Shown here: positions 41,524-52,344 of the stretch, piece by piece
How the letters are laid out: each line of letters starts with the position of its first letter
Numbering within the stretch: the first letter of the stretch is position 1
Source of the DNA: Setoptus koraiensis
Lineage: Eukaryota > Animalia > Arthropoda
NCBI GenBank assembly: GCA_048013815.1
Contig: CM106586.1
Location: 20,212,001 to 20,276,000 of the forward strand
Length of the DNA: 64,000 nucleotides
Reading direction: 5' to 3'
The notes under the pieces: model-generated
The model's input: the letters and a program-made list of their open reading frames with translations, nothing else
Told to the model about the DNA's origin: nothing
Database searches by the model: none
Program-made: the position numbers and the translations under genes

Positions 41524-42842
41524 ATGTTGGACATTTTAAGATCATTGAGATCGTTGTTGAAAATAAGCAGAATACACACAGATGGAAACATTTTTCGTTT
41601 GCATTACTCATTGACAGTCATTATATTAATGGCATTTTGTATTATCATCACAACTAAACAATATGTTGGCGAACCAATAGATTGTATACGAGCAGAAGGA
41701 ATAGATAAATCAATAATAAACACCTATTGTTGGATACACACCACCTATAGCATACCTCGGGCTTTCAACAAGAAGGTCGGAGTCGATGTAGGTACAAAGA
41801 TCTCTTGTTCAATTGATCTTATGGGCCACTCTCTATTGAATTAATATTGTGTAGACTACTTGCTTATAATATTTGAAATGTTTGTTTTGTTGTTGATGGC
41901 GTTAGGTTCCCCATCCTGGTGTGGACAACACAAACAATCCCTCGGAATTCCAACATCACAAGTACTACCAGTGGGTCTGTTTTGTGCTATTTGTGCAAGC
42001 GGCCACTTTCTATATTCCAAGATATTTATGGTGAGTACTGACCAAGACAAACAAACTCATTAGTAGGGCAAATTGATAGAATATCTAATCTATTCAATTT
42101 TTTACATGTCTCCAAATAATGATTAATCAGGAAACTTTGGGAGGCAGGCAAAGTAGAGGCAGTGGTAATGCACCTAGATGTTGGCGTCGGTTTCGAGCCA
42201 GATCTGACATTGAAGAAACAGGCTATAGTTGATTATTTGTATCATTCAAGCGGCCATCATGATTGGTATGCGGCCAGATATTATTTTTGTGAGTGTCTCT
42301 CATTCGTCAATGTAGTTGCTCAAATGTTTTTATTGGACGCATTCTTCGAGGGCGAATTCTTTCGTTATGGTTTGAACGTCATCGAATTCACTCAAATGGA
42401 CCAAGAAGATAGAGTAGATCCAATGATTAAAATATTTCCACGCGTAACGAAATGTAAATTCTATAAATATGGACCATCAGCCAACATTGAGACCATAGAT
42501 GCACTATGTCTACTGCCACTGAATATAATTAATGAAAAAATCTACATATTCCTATGGTTTTGGTTTATATTATTGGCAATATTAACATTCCTCATGTTAA
42601 TATTCGGCCTAATAATAATAGCTTGTCCCCCTGTCAGAGTGTATATGCTCAATTTAAGATTTAGGATGTCACAATTAAATCATTTACACATCATAGTTAG
42701 AAAATCATCTATAGGCGATTGGTTTCTATTATATTTATTAGGCAAAAATATGGACTCATATATATTTAAGGATGTCATAGTTGATTTGGCGCAAAGATAC
42801 ATGTCCAAGGGTAAAGAATCAGATCAGCGAATGTTGGCCTAG
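41524..42842 (+). CDS. shakB: Innexin (gap junction protein), Shaking-B-like, 366 aa from the conserved Met
   Basis: MLDILRSLRSLLKISRIHTDGNIFRLHYS start, YVGEPIDC, NTYCWI, KYYQWVCFVLF, FPRVTKC, LPLNIINEKIYIFLWFWF and GDWFLLYLLG are innexin motifs closest to ShakB. Model join(41524..41787,41906..42030,42131..42842), GT-AG introns of 118 and 100 nt, frame preserved. Orthology to shakB rather than another innexin is inferred. Confidence 0.92.
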
Positions 42843-42909
42843 TCAGTCGATTAGTTACAATTGGGCTACATCAAGCTATAATATTTGTATAAACATATAA
42901 CATCTACAA

Positions 42910-42939
42910 CATTGTTACTAACAAGTTGTAAGACGCTCA
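42910..42939 (+). repeat. 30-bp dispersed direct repeat, copy 2 (CATTGTTACTAACAAGTTGTAAGACGCTCA)
   Basis: 29/30 identical to 38731-38760. Confidence 0.9.
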
Positions 42940-43270
42940 TCAGTAGGTTATCGGCAAAAATCACTAACAGACAAAACGATTATCGCGACGATCGATTGTC
43001 GAAGTCGCTACCGATACTTGTAAACTACTCCTATCGCGATATTGCGATATCTTGATCATTCTCACTTGACTTGTAACTATCATTATTTGTTGCGAAGGGT
43101 AAATAAATTTGATATTATATGAACAATCCATCCTTACACTGCAAATGATTGACTAACATCTGTAGTGGCGTGAACAATTTGATTTGTGTCTATTGAATGC
43201 TACTCTATATTCTTGTATAGTTTTCTTAAAACATTATCTATTTGATTTGATTTCCAAGTCTGACAGCAAC

Positions 43271-44428
43271 ATGACCAAGCCACTTGTCTGCGTTGAAGAC
43301 TATGAGAAGGAAGCGGTTGACAAATTAGACCCTTTGGCTCTCAGTTATTATCGTAGCGGAGCTGACGAAGAAACAACTCTCCAGAACAATGTAAATTCGT
43401 TCAAGAGATTGAGAATCTTGCCCAGATTCTTGAGAGATGTCTCCAAGATTGACATTTCGTTGGAAGTGTTTGGAGACAGGATAAGTTGTCCTATTGGCGC
43501 GAGTCCCTCCGCCATGCACAAGGTAAGCCGCTCATCACATTCATCCAGTAGATTGAACGGACCAATCGTGATAGATTTGATCAAATTTCAACCTCTCACT
43601 CTCAACTAGCTGGCTCATCCAGACGGTGAGATAGCAACCATTTCAGGCGTAGCCAGCGTGGATTCAATAATGACTCTGAGTACAATGTCTACAATATCCA
43701 TAGAGGATGTGGCTAGCAAATGTCCCAATACGATAAAGTGGTTCCAATTGTATGTTTTCAAAGATCGTCAGGCAAGTTTGAATATAGTGAGACGTGCCGA
43801 GAAAGCCGGCTACAAGGCATTAGTTTTGACAGTTGATGCTCCTCATTTGGGTACAAGGCGTGAAGATGTTAGAAATAACTTCAAGATTCCGGCCGGTTAT
43901 CTGGCTAATTTCGATCACTACCAAGCGGCCAGTTTACAAGGCATGGACTACCTGCTGGATGAAGCTCTCACTTGGAAGGATGTCAAATGGCTGGCGGAAT
44001 CGAGTAGTTTACCTGTGCTAGTAAAAGGAGTACTGACTCTGGAGGACAGTCTATTGGCACTGGAGAACGGCGCTAGGGGCATCATAGTCTCCAATCACGG
44101 CGGTCGCCAATTGGACGGAGTGCCATCGTCGATTGAAGTTCTGCCGGGCATAGTGAGAGGCTTGGCTGGCCGCTGTCCAGTATTCCTCGATGGTGGCGTC
44201 CGCACCGGCACGGATGTATTGAAGGCACTGGCACTTGGTGCCAAAATGGTATTTGTTGGCCGGCCTATTCTGTGGGGTCTGGCATGTGAAGGCGAACAAG
44301 GCGTTAAAAGTGTTCTAACCATACTGAAGAACGAACTGATTCTTGCCATGAAATTATCGGGATGCACGAGCTTGTCGGACATCAGACCAGGAATGGTGGT
44401 ACACGAGTCGATATTTTCACAATTGTAA
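43271..44428 (+). CDS. HAO1: Hydroxyacid oxidase / glycolate oxidase (FMN-dependent alpha-hydroxy acid dehydrogenase family), 356 aa
   Basis: YYRSGA, WFQLY, LTVDAP..G.R, SNHGGRQLDG (catalytic His) and DGGVRTGTDVLKALALGA..VFVGRP motifs. Model join(43271..43522,43610..44428), intron GTAAGC...ACTAG of 87 nt. The C-terminus SQL resembles PTS1. Confidence 0.95.
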
Positions 44429-44485
44429 TACATACGCGCCATTTATTAATGCAGTATATCACTCCGGTCAAATAGTCACTGTTAC

Positions 44486-45250
44486 TCAAAAACACATCGA
44501 CTTGGCAGGCGGTTTAATAGGGATTGATCCGAACGAAAAATCTAGGGCCTTGTAAGCTTCGATTTCCAGCTGACAAAGGTCTCCCTCTTCGGAATATGTG
44601 CTGGTCAGTTTGGTGGTGTTACTGTTGTTTTGATTGGTCGCATCGGAGGCAGATGGGTTATTTTGCAGATTAGCGTCTTGGTTGTTCCTATTATTAAACT
44701 CTTGATCCATATCAATGTCTACGTGTCCGTCGTGATGTGCTGGGGTTGATGGTACGTGAAATGCGTGCTGCTGTGTTGTCTGTATCGTTTGTGCACCAAA
44801 AGGGCCCATATTGTTGTTTGGCATGCCGGGCGCCATAAATGAGTGATGGGGAGCCCCATTGATCGAGGCCAGGGTTTGTGTGAAGGAGAAACTTGTGGCA
44901 TTTTGAGGCTGTTGACTAGCTGATGAGGACCAGAAAACGTTGTTGTGCTGCGGTTGTTGATTATGATAATGGTAGGCTGATTGTTGGGGTTGGTATGTCT
45001 GCTGGTGAGCTGGTTGAGCACCGAAAGATGACGATGCATTTGTTTGAGATAAGGCTTTGATGAAGCTAAAAGAGGTTTGTTGTTGCTCGTTATTTGTATT
45101 ATTATAATATCCGTGATAAGAGTCGCTCCTTGTATTATTCCTATTGTTGTTGCTATAATCGCCTCGCTGATCGTTCTTGCTTGGATGCTCGAAGCGGCAG
45201 CTGTTCCCGTATCTGCAATAGCCTTTGATGAAAAATTTACAAATAGCCAT
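44486..45250 (-). CDS. NUP42: Nucleoporin NUP42/NUPL2 (hCG1)-like: N-terminal CCCH zinc finger and C-terminal Gle1-binding-type motif, 254 aa
   Basis: MAICKFFIKGYCRYGNSCRFEHP zinc finger at the ATG at 45250. The C-terminus LEIEAYKALDFSFGSIPIKPP matches the NUP42 tail pattern. Single exon; AATAAA on the minus strand at 44442-44447. Confidence 0.85.
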   Translation of the reverse strand: MAICKFFIKGYCRYGNSCRFEHPSKNDQRGDYSNNNRNNTRSDSYHGYYNNTNNEQQQTSFSFIKALSQTNASSSFGAQPAHQQTYQPQQSAYHYHNQQPQHNNVFWSSSASQQPQNATSFSFTQTLASINGAPHHSFMAPGMPNNNMGPFGAQTIQTTQQHAFHVPSTPAHHDGHVDIDMDQEFNNRNNQDANLQNNPSASDATNQNNSNTTKLTSTYSEEGDLCQLEIEAYKALDFSFGSIPIKPPAKSMCF

Positions 45251-46207
45251 GGTGGCCGGTGAATACAACTGTTATGGGCTACGAATTATGGTCTAGATAA
45301 TTGTGTGATTATTATAATTATGGGTCAATAACTGAATTTGTGTGAAAAATGTGTATGAAATGGCCAACAAACACGCTATGCAAAATAGAAACACATGACA
45401 TTAGCACCCACATGTGGCACGAGGAACGGCAGCGCCCCCGGTCACTTGATAGTTGAACTACGACGCACGCACTTCACGAGGCAATCCGTCGCAGCAGAAA
45501 TATCAAAATAATATCCGCCGTCGCGCGATCTCGTACAATTTGTATTCCAAATAAATAGGATATCAGAGATACAATTGCTCGGACATCGCTCACCTGATCA
45601 CTGCGATTAATACCCGGATATCATTTGGATATTTGCCACTGGCGAGGCAAGAGCGATCAAATTGTACAAATTGTATCGCATGATATACGAAGAAATGATG
45701 AAGAACAAAGAGCACAAGCGAACAGGCGACATGAGCGGAAAGAATTTATTTTATTAAAAAAAAAACATATAAGCTGTTTGTATTGGTGCCACAACATTGG
45801 CTCCTCGATAATCTTAAATCTTTATTAACCTGTCACATCTTATTAACAACGATAAATTGATCCGCCGAGAGGCTGAAATTTTTGAAACGGTATCTGGTCA
45901 GTGTTGTCTCGCGCATTACGAGCGAATCATCACAAACACTGGATAACACACAAAATATAAAAATATAATAAAATAAAAAATCTGAGAAATAAAATAACAA
46001 TAAATAGATCAATCTCTTGGCGATTATTCATCAGGTATTTAAATGCTGATAGTGATTTGCTTGTCCTCCCGGATTGTTGTTCGTGTGCTTTCGCATGGTT
46101 CAATTGGCGAGCTCCTCATGATAGATAACTTATTAACACACTAAATGTCATCTGTCACGTATAAACAAGATACAAGATATACGATAGATTTGTGATTAGA
46201 CGACCTT

Positions 46208-49200
46208 TCATCTTGCTCTATACAAAGATAGATCAGCAGTATCTGGCGATAGTTCATATCCGTGAGGGCTTGTTGTCTCACCATTATCCTCGTTCTCATA
46301 ACGGTTAGGATCTCTAGATTGTTCGTTTAAATTTGACGACGATTGCTGTTTTTGGTCATCGTCGTCTAGATTATCCTCCTCGTCTATCCAGCCTGCGTCG
46401 TCGTCGTTGTCTTCAGCATCATTATCCTCTCTTCGCACTCTCGGGCGAAGTCCCCATTCTTCGCGGTGATATTTCTTCTTGTCGACTGGGCCGCCCAAGG
46501 CCGCATTGTTGGACGATGACGAGTTTCGTTGTGGTTTAACCTGTGATTCGTCGTTGTTTTGTTGTTGGCCGTTGTTGTTGTCAGAGGTGATGGTGTCATT
46601 GAGACGCTGCTGTTGCTGTTGTTGCTGCTGCTGCGATTGTTGTTGTCCTTGCTGTCCATTGTTGTTGGAGATGGTGGGCTGCGAAGCGGTGGCCTGTGGC
46701 TGATCGGCGTGACTCTGGCCACTTCCGCCGGCCAATTGCGACAAAAGGTCGTCCCTGTTGATATTGAACCTGTTTATTTGGTCCAATGGTCTATCAAAGG
46801 GTTTTCCGCTGACAATCATGGTGTCGTAGGCCGAGCCTGTTGCGCCTGTTGCATCATTGGAGCCGCTGGATAGTTGCTCTTGTTGTTGTTGTTGTTGTTG
46901 TTGCTCCAATAGCTGCTGACTGCTGGTTGGCGAATTTGTCAATTTAGTTGCTGCTGCTGGCTTGTTGTTATTGGTGGCTATGGTTGTTGTTTGCGACGAC
47001 GGATAATCTAGTAACGATTCAACAAGAGCTCTATCCCCGTGTATAGTAGTAGCGTCTGTATAAGGCGATATAAGGTTAGCCCTCATTTCGTTTGGTATCC
47101 TAATTACGATCATATGTACGTGTGTGTAATGATTGTTATGATATTATTGATTATAATAGCTATTAATGTGATTAATTTGATGGTCTGTCACAATGACTTG
47201 CAAGCAACCGAACATCACTATCTATCTATAGACTACGCATGGAGATATTATCTAGATTTGTCTAGTGATTGTTCGAGCAATTGTGAACAACAGCAATTGT
47301 GTGGCAACTTACGTGAAACCGTTATTGTATGCCGAAGATGGTTCCTGGTACAGTTCGGCCTGATTATAATATTTTGCCGGGCTGCCCCTTCCGCTGTATG
47401 GGTAGGCCGAGCTTGGATATCTGGCTGGCGACGGCGCCGGCCCGTAAGCTTGCTGTCCGGTGTGCAAATCCGGATTGTTGTACTGGATTGCGTTGCTGGC
47501 GGCCGGTCGGGCCATCGACGAGTATCTGTCCCGATGAGTGGCCTGATGGTAGGGCGCCCGTCCGCTTGCGCTAAAATTGTCGTCGTGACTCATCGATGTG
47601 TAGGCCGATTGTTGCTGGCCGTAGGGTCGGCTCGATTGGTAGCCGGCCGCCGGGCTTTGGCCGTATTTGTTGTGGCTGTAATGGTGAGCGGGCGCCTGAT
47701 GAGGAGGATAATGACTGTGATAATTGTGGGCCGGCAAAGCGGCCGGCTTGCCTCGGGCCGCCGACGGGTACCTTCCGGTCTCGCTGGCCGCCTGGGCTAG
47801 AGGCGACGGATTGTAGCCGCTGTTGTAGTCAGCACCGTTGTCTGAGCCACTGCCGCCGCCGTGGCTGGGATATCTGGAGTAATGAATGGACGAATGGTGG
47901 TGATAGGGTGATCTGTTGTGACCGCTGTAGTAGCTGCTGCCAGCGGCGGAGCCGGGCATGTCGCGCGGCGGGCCCATTGTTTCGTCGTTGTAATAATTGC
48001 TGGCCGCCGCATGAACGGGAGCGCCGCTGTAATGGTGGGCGGCGGTGGGCGGCGCGCCGTCCGCGCCCGACGAAGCACCACCGTACGCCGACTGCTGATA
48101 GGCCGAGGGTTCGTCGTAAGCGGAGCTGCCCGACCACATGGACGAGGCGCCCACAGGCGACAAACTGCTGCCCGACGAGGCGGTTATTATGGTGGGCCTG
48201 GGCCGGCCAAACAGCATGCTGGACAGCACCGACAGCGGACTTGTGGCGGCCGTTTCCATATCGCTATTGTTGTTGTTGTTGTCCGCCAACAGGCGTCCGG
48301 CCGCCTCATTGGAGGCGCTCATTTCACTTCCGGCCATCAGCTGGGGCGTCATCTCTTCGGTGGGTCCGAGATGATCGTCGAAGAACTTTTCCACGTCTTC
48401 GCGCTCCTTGGCCGCTTGCGTGGACTCGCCAAAGGGCGGATTGTTGGGGTCTATTTCGTTGTTGACCCTGTTGCTGCTGCTCTGGTCTTCGTCGTCTCTG
48501 TCGTCTCTGTCGTCGATGTCGTCGTCGTCTCTGTCGTCGTGCTCGTCCGACGATCGTCTGTTCTTGTTGGTCGGGGCCCGCTGCAACGGCACCGTGCCGG
48601 CCAATGGCGCTGGCTCGCCGCTTCGAACACCCGTACCGACCACCGGACCGTAGTTGGCGCCCGTGCTGGACAGCGTGTTCAACGGGTCGTTGTATAAGAG
48701 ATCGCTAGAGTCGCCGTAGCCGCGCGTTGGATAGGCACTAGTGAATTGTTGCATGGGGGCACTGTCGCCGTGCCAGAGTTGCGCCAGCGGATTGTCGGAC
48801 TTGCCGCTGGCAAACGATTCGTCTAGCCGGCCGATGTCGTCGGCTCGGCAACTGTGCGCGAGCTGGGGCAAAAGAAGAACGGCCCACAGGGCCACCGTGG
48901 GCAACATTGTGCCCCGTAACATTGAATGACTTGCTTGTGTTCTGTTGTTTGGCCCCATTTTTGTTGTTGCACGTTGCTGTTGCGATGATAGTCGGTGCGC
49001 AAGGGTGTCGCTGCTGTTGCTGTTGCGCTGATTATTTACAATGGGATCTCTGGGGCAGCCCGCAGCGATTGTTGGCGAGACGCGCGTTTGTTTTCTTCGT
49101 TTCTTGGCCAAGCTTCTTGTCTTGCCGAGACAGTGTTGCTGTTGTTGTTGTTGTTGTTGTTCACGTGCTGCGGTCGTTGCCGTGGCCAGTGTCGTAACCT

Positions 49201-49354
49201 TTGCGTTGGCCTTGGTGTTTGTCAGTGTTGTTGTGCTTGTCGGTGTTGTTGCGCTTGTCAGTGTTGTTGTGTTAGCTGGTGTTGCGGTCGCTTTGCTAGT
49301 TAGGTGACACAGGTGACGGGCGATGGTTTGCATCTTCTTGTCCGGTGTTGGCAT
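46208..49354 (-). CDS. Large secreted low-complexity protein (Tyr/Ser/Gly/His/Pro-rich, acidic and Q/N tracts), up to ~977 aa; cuticle/matrix-like or precursor-like
   Basis: ORFs 47309-49354 and 46208-47113 join in phase 2 via donor AC|GTAAGT (47312) and acceptor AATTAG|G (exon from 47099). A signal peptide-like stretch ML(RGTML)PTVALWAVLLLPQLAHS starts at ATG 48922 or 48907. Basic sites KNRRS and RPRVRR are present. No family recognised. Confidence 0.7.
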
Positions 49355-51955
49355 CGTCGGCGGCTCAACTGGAGTTCAGCGGTATGACAGTCGCTAGTAT
49401 GAGAGTGACGCTGGTTCGGGCGACAACTTGTGGGCACTTGACGCGACTGGTGCTCGCTCCAAATGATTCAAATGATCTCTGGATCATGATCGCTCTCGCT
49501 CCGCCGCAAAAAGTCGTACAACCGAGTCTCACGACAGAGCCGATATCATGGCAGAGCCGTCGCATGACAGAGCCAGTTTCATGGGCCCACCTATCGGCGG
49601 CGAGGTGTGGTGATTTGTGGCTCGGTTTACCAATGTGCATCATCGCGCAAGCGGTTGTGCTGGCGGTTGCGGTTTGTCAACGCGGAACTGGCGTCATCAT
49701 CATCATATTATTATTATTATTATTATTACTGTGTTTGTATGTATTTGTTTGTTGCGTCGGAACGGGGCTGACACTGTCTCAACTCGACAGTGTGTGTGAG
49801 ATCGAAAGTGAACCTGATAATGAAACATTATCGCTGCGACATACCGTTACTCGGCAGCGTCGTCCTCGTAACAGGTGGCAACACTATAGGCGCCATGGTC
49901 TAGCCAGCCAGCGATTGTGTAGCCAGCGAGCGAGGCTAAAACAAAGTGTCTCGCAATGTGACAGACAGAGAGCCTGTCAATGGGCGAAATCGTCGTTATT
50001 TTATTTTATTAGTTACTCGTCAATGCGATCGTTTGACAATCGACAATGGTGGCGCTTTTTGCACTCACAAAACCCTGTCAGGCCGGTGTGTGTGTATTAT
50101 CCGGTGCCAACTCGGCACCGGATAATACACACACCATAAGCGACACACACACACACAATAAGCCACCAATTACCACCTCTAAATTGTTGTTGTTGTTGTC
50201 GTCATCTTGAAAAGATTTCGCCGGCCGGCGCTCACTTCCTTTCGCTCGCACAGCCAGCGACCTCGAACCGCCGAAAGGAACAGCGATCGCATTTGTTGGT
50301 GGAGCTCTCATTTCGACTAGCTGGCCAACTGACTCGCCGGCTGGCTGGCTAACTGACTAACTGAATAACTGACTCAATGGCTGGCTGGCTGACTGTGGAC
50401 AAATGCGCACCGTCGACAACAAACAACTTACGAGACACACATTGTCACTTTGGCGAGATGAGCGGGTGTAATCACAAATTGCTGCTCGCTGCTTGGTAAA
50501 ACAGCAGAAAAGAAGCTTCTTTGTGAAGATCGCTAACGCGACAACAACAGACACAAATGTTACATGACAGCCTCAATGCTGTGGCAATCGACTGCCGCAA
50601 GCCCAAACCGCCAATCATTGTCTCGAGTGTCGTCGACAATAAATTGTTCAAGTTCAGCCGCAATCCGGAACTCAATCGATTTCCTTCTGTGAGCGCAAAG
50701 TGAACGCCTCTTGTGGATGCTTTTTGCACTTTTTGCAAACCAACACATGTAATCGTTGCGCAAGCAGACGATATTGGACGGGGCGACCAACGGGCGACAT
50801 TTCAATTAAATTGTGTTCGCGACACCGAGTCCGCAACAATTTGCACTCGATGCATAATGACTAACATACAACATCAACATACAACAACAACAGCAACAAC
50901 ATTCAAAATTAACTCGACTGATGCTGCCGAGCGCCCAGTTTGCCCAGTAATTGCGTTCGTCGGCCAAACATTGCGTAACAGTTCGTTGTACCTAGACGAC
51001 GGAGGCTCGAATTGGAGGACACAAGCACGAACATGCAAAGTGTATTGTCACAAAGTCGCTTGTTTGTGTGTTTGCTCTGCTGTTTATCTGTTGGCATCGA
51101 CAAACAAACTTTCTCACCACACGCCTCGACGCAAACAGTATGGCGATTTGTTTTGACCCGGCTGTTTGCCGGCGTGTCATGCTCAATTGGAACGACTTTC
51201 ACATTGGCATGACATTCTAATGTCATGCCAATGTGTTTCATTGTTCGCCGTCGAGATGCTTATCTTGTCGGAGTTTCAGAGATACTTGCAGTGGCGACAG
51301 TGTTTGATTAGCGTCTCGGCTTGCCCGAAAACTAATTCAACAAAGTCATTGTTTGCAATTGTGATATTTCACTGCGCCCACAGATAGGCGTGCTATCAAT
51401 TATCGCTAATTGCTCATGTCGACAGCACACAGCAGATATATATCACAATAGTTGGATATATCATCTGACTACTGTGAGACACAATTGGCGTTTAGTCAGA
51501 AAATCTGATTTGGTGCTAAATCTTTATCTGTTATACATGCATTATTTACACTATGTACAAATCTGCAGATGCATTGTGCCGGGAACGCGGGCAAAGATCG
51601 TTAATGAGTGCGCAGCGAGCAGTACATCAGATAGAATCTTCATGATGTTTCAGCAGCATCACACGCAGCGTTTGCCGCGCGCGCCTCGTGCACTCGCTGC
51701 GTTCTGTGCCAATGTGCGGCACAGCCAATAATAATAGTAATAATAATAACAGTAATAAGGCGATAATTAGTCATGATTGGTGGCTTGTTGATCTAGCCTA
51801 CGAATAGCCACTAGTCGGTCTGACGAATTGACTGCATAAAAGCGCCTAGGCGTCGAAAACAGGCTTAAAAACAAATCAGTGTGCCGACCAGCCAACAACT
51901 AATTGACATTGGTATTTATTTACGTTATCATTACGCTTGGATAGCTACAAACAAC

Positions 51956-52344
51956 ATGCCAAAATCACTGCCAGCCAGAGCCGGAAGTGCGAGCAACAAC
52001 GGATTTAATGCGGTTGTTGTGCTCACCTTGTCGCTAATTGCACTCATCCTGATGTTGGCCGTCGTGATGGTCAGCGCCGATTATTCTCGCACCTATGGCC
52101 ACTTTGGAGAGAGGTAAGTTGGCTCTGTTAGCCAGTCACAAACAGTGAACCAGCCATTCGACATAACACTCATGCCAATCACGTTACGCAAATCACTTAC
52201 GTAATCGTTTGCAGGTACTATGGCCAATTGAACGGTTACAACGGCATTGGATACGGTTACAACTATCATCAGGGCGGCCACAACGGACGTCACATCGCTC
52301 ATCGCAGGCCCTATCGGTATGGCTATAGATGGTACCAAGGTTAA
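51956..52344 (+). CDS. Small secreted Gly/Tyr/His/Arg-rich peptide precursor, 95 aa (mature ~54 aa ending ...RYGYRWYQG)
   Basis: Model join(51956..52113,52215..52344), intron AG|GTAAGT...TTTGCAG|G of 101 nt, phase 2, frame intact. A hydrophobic leader VVVLTLSLIALILMLAVVMVSA precedes DYSRTYGHFGERYYGQLNGYNGIGYGYNYHQGGHNGRHIAHRRPYRYGYRWYQG*. The ORF track shows only exon 1. Confidence 0.8.

Noticed and set aside
45410-45500. GC-rich segment with a CACGAGG repeat considered as tRNA or snRNA
   Set aside because: It has no cloverleaf, T-loop or A/B boxes and no match to U snRNA motifs; more likely NUP42 upstream sequence.
47596-48697. ORFs of 259-289 aa antisense to the secreted protein
   Set aside because: Antisense shadows of a GC-rich CDS with no recognisable features.
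49345-50139. 264-codon plus-strand ORF with a hydrophobic stretch
   Set aside because: It starts at TTG, the hydrophobic run comes from an (ATT)n microsatellite, and there is no splice or homology support.
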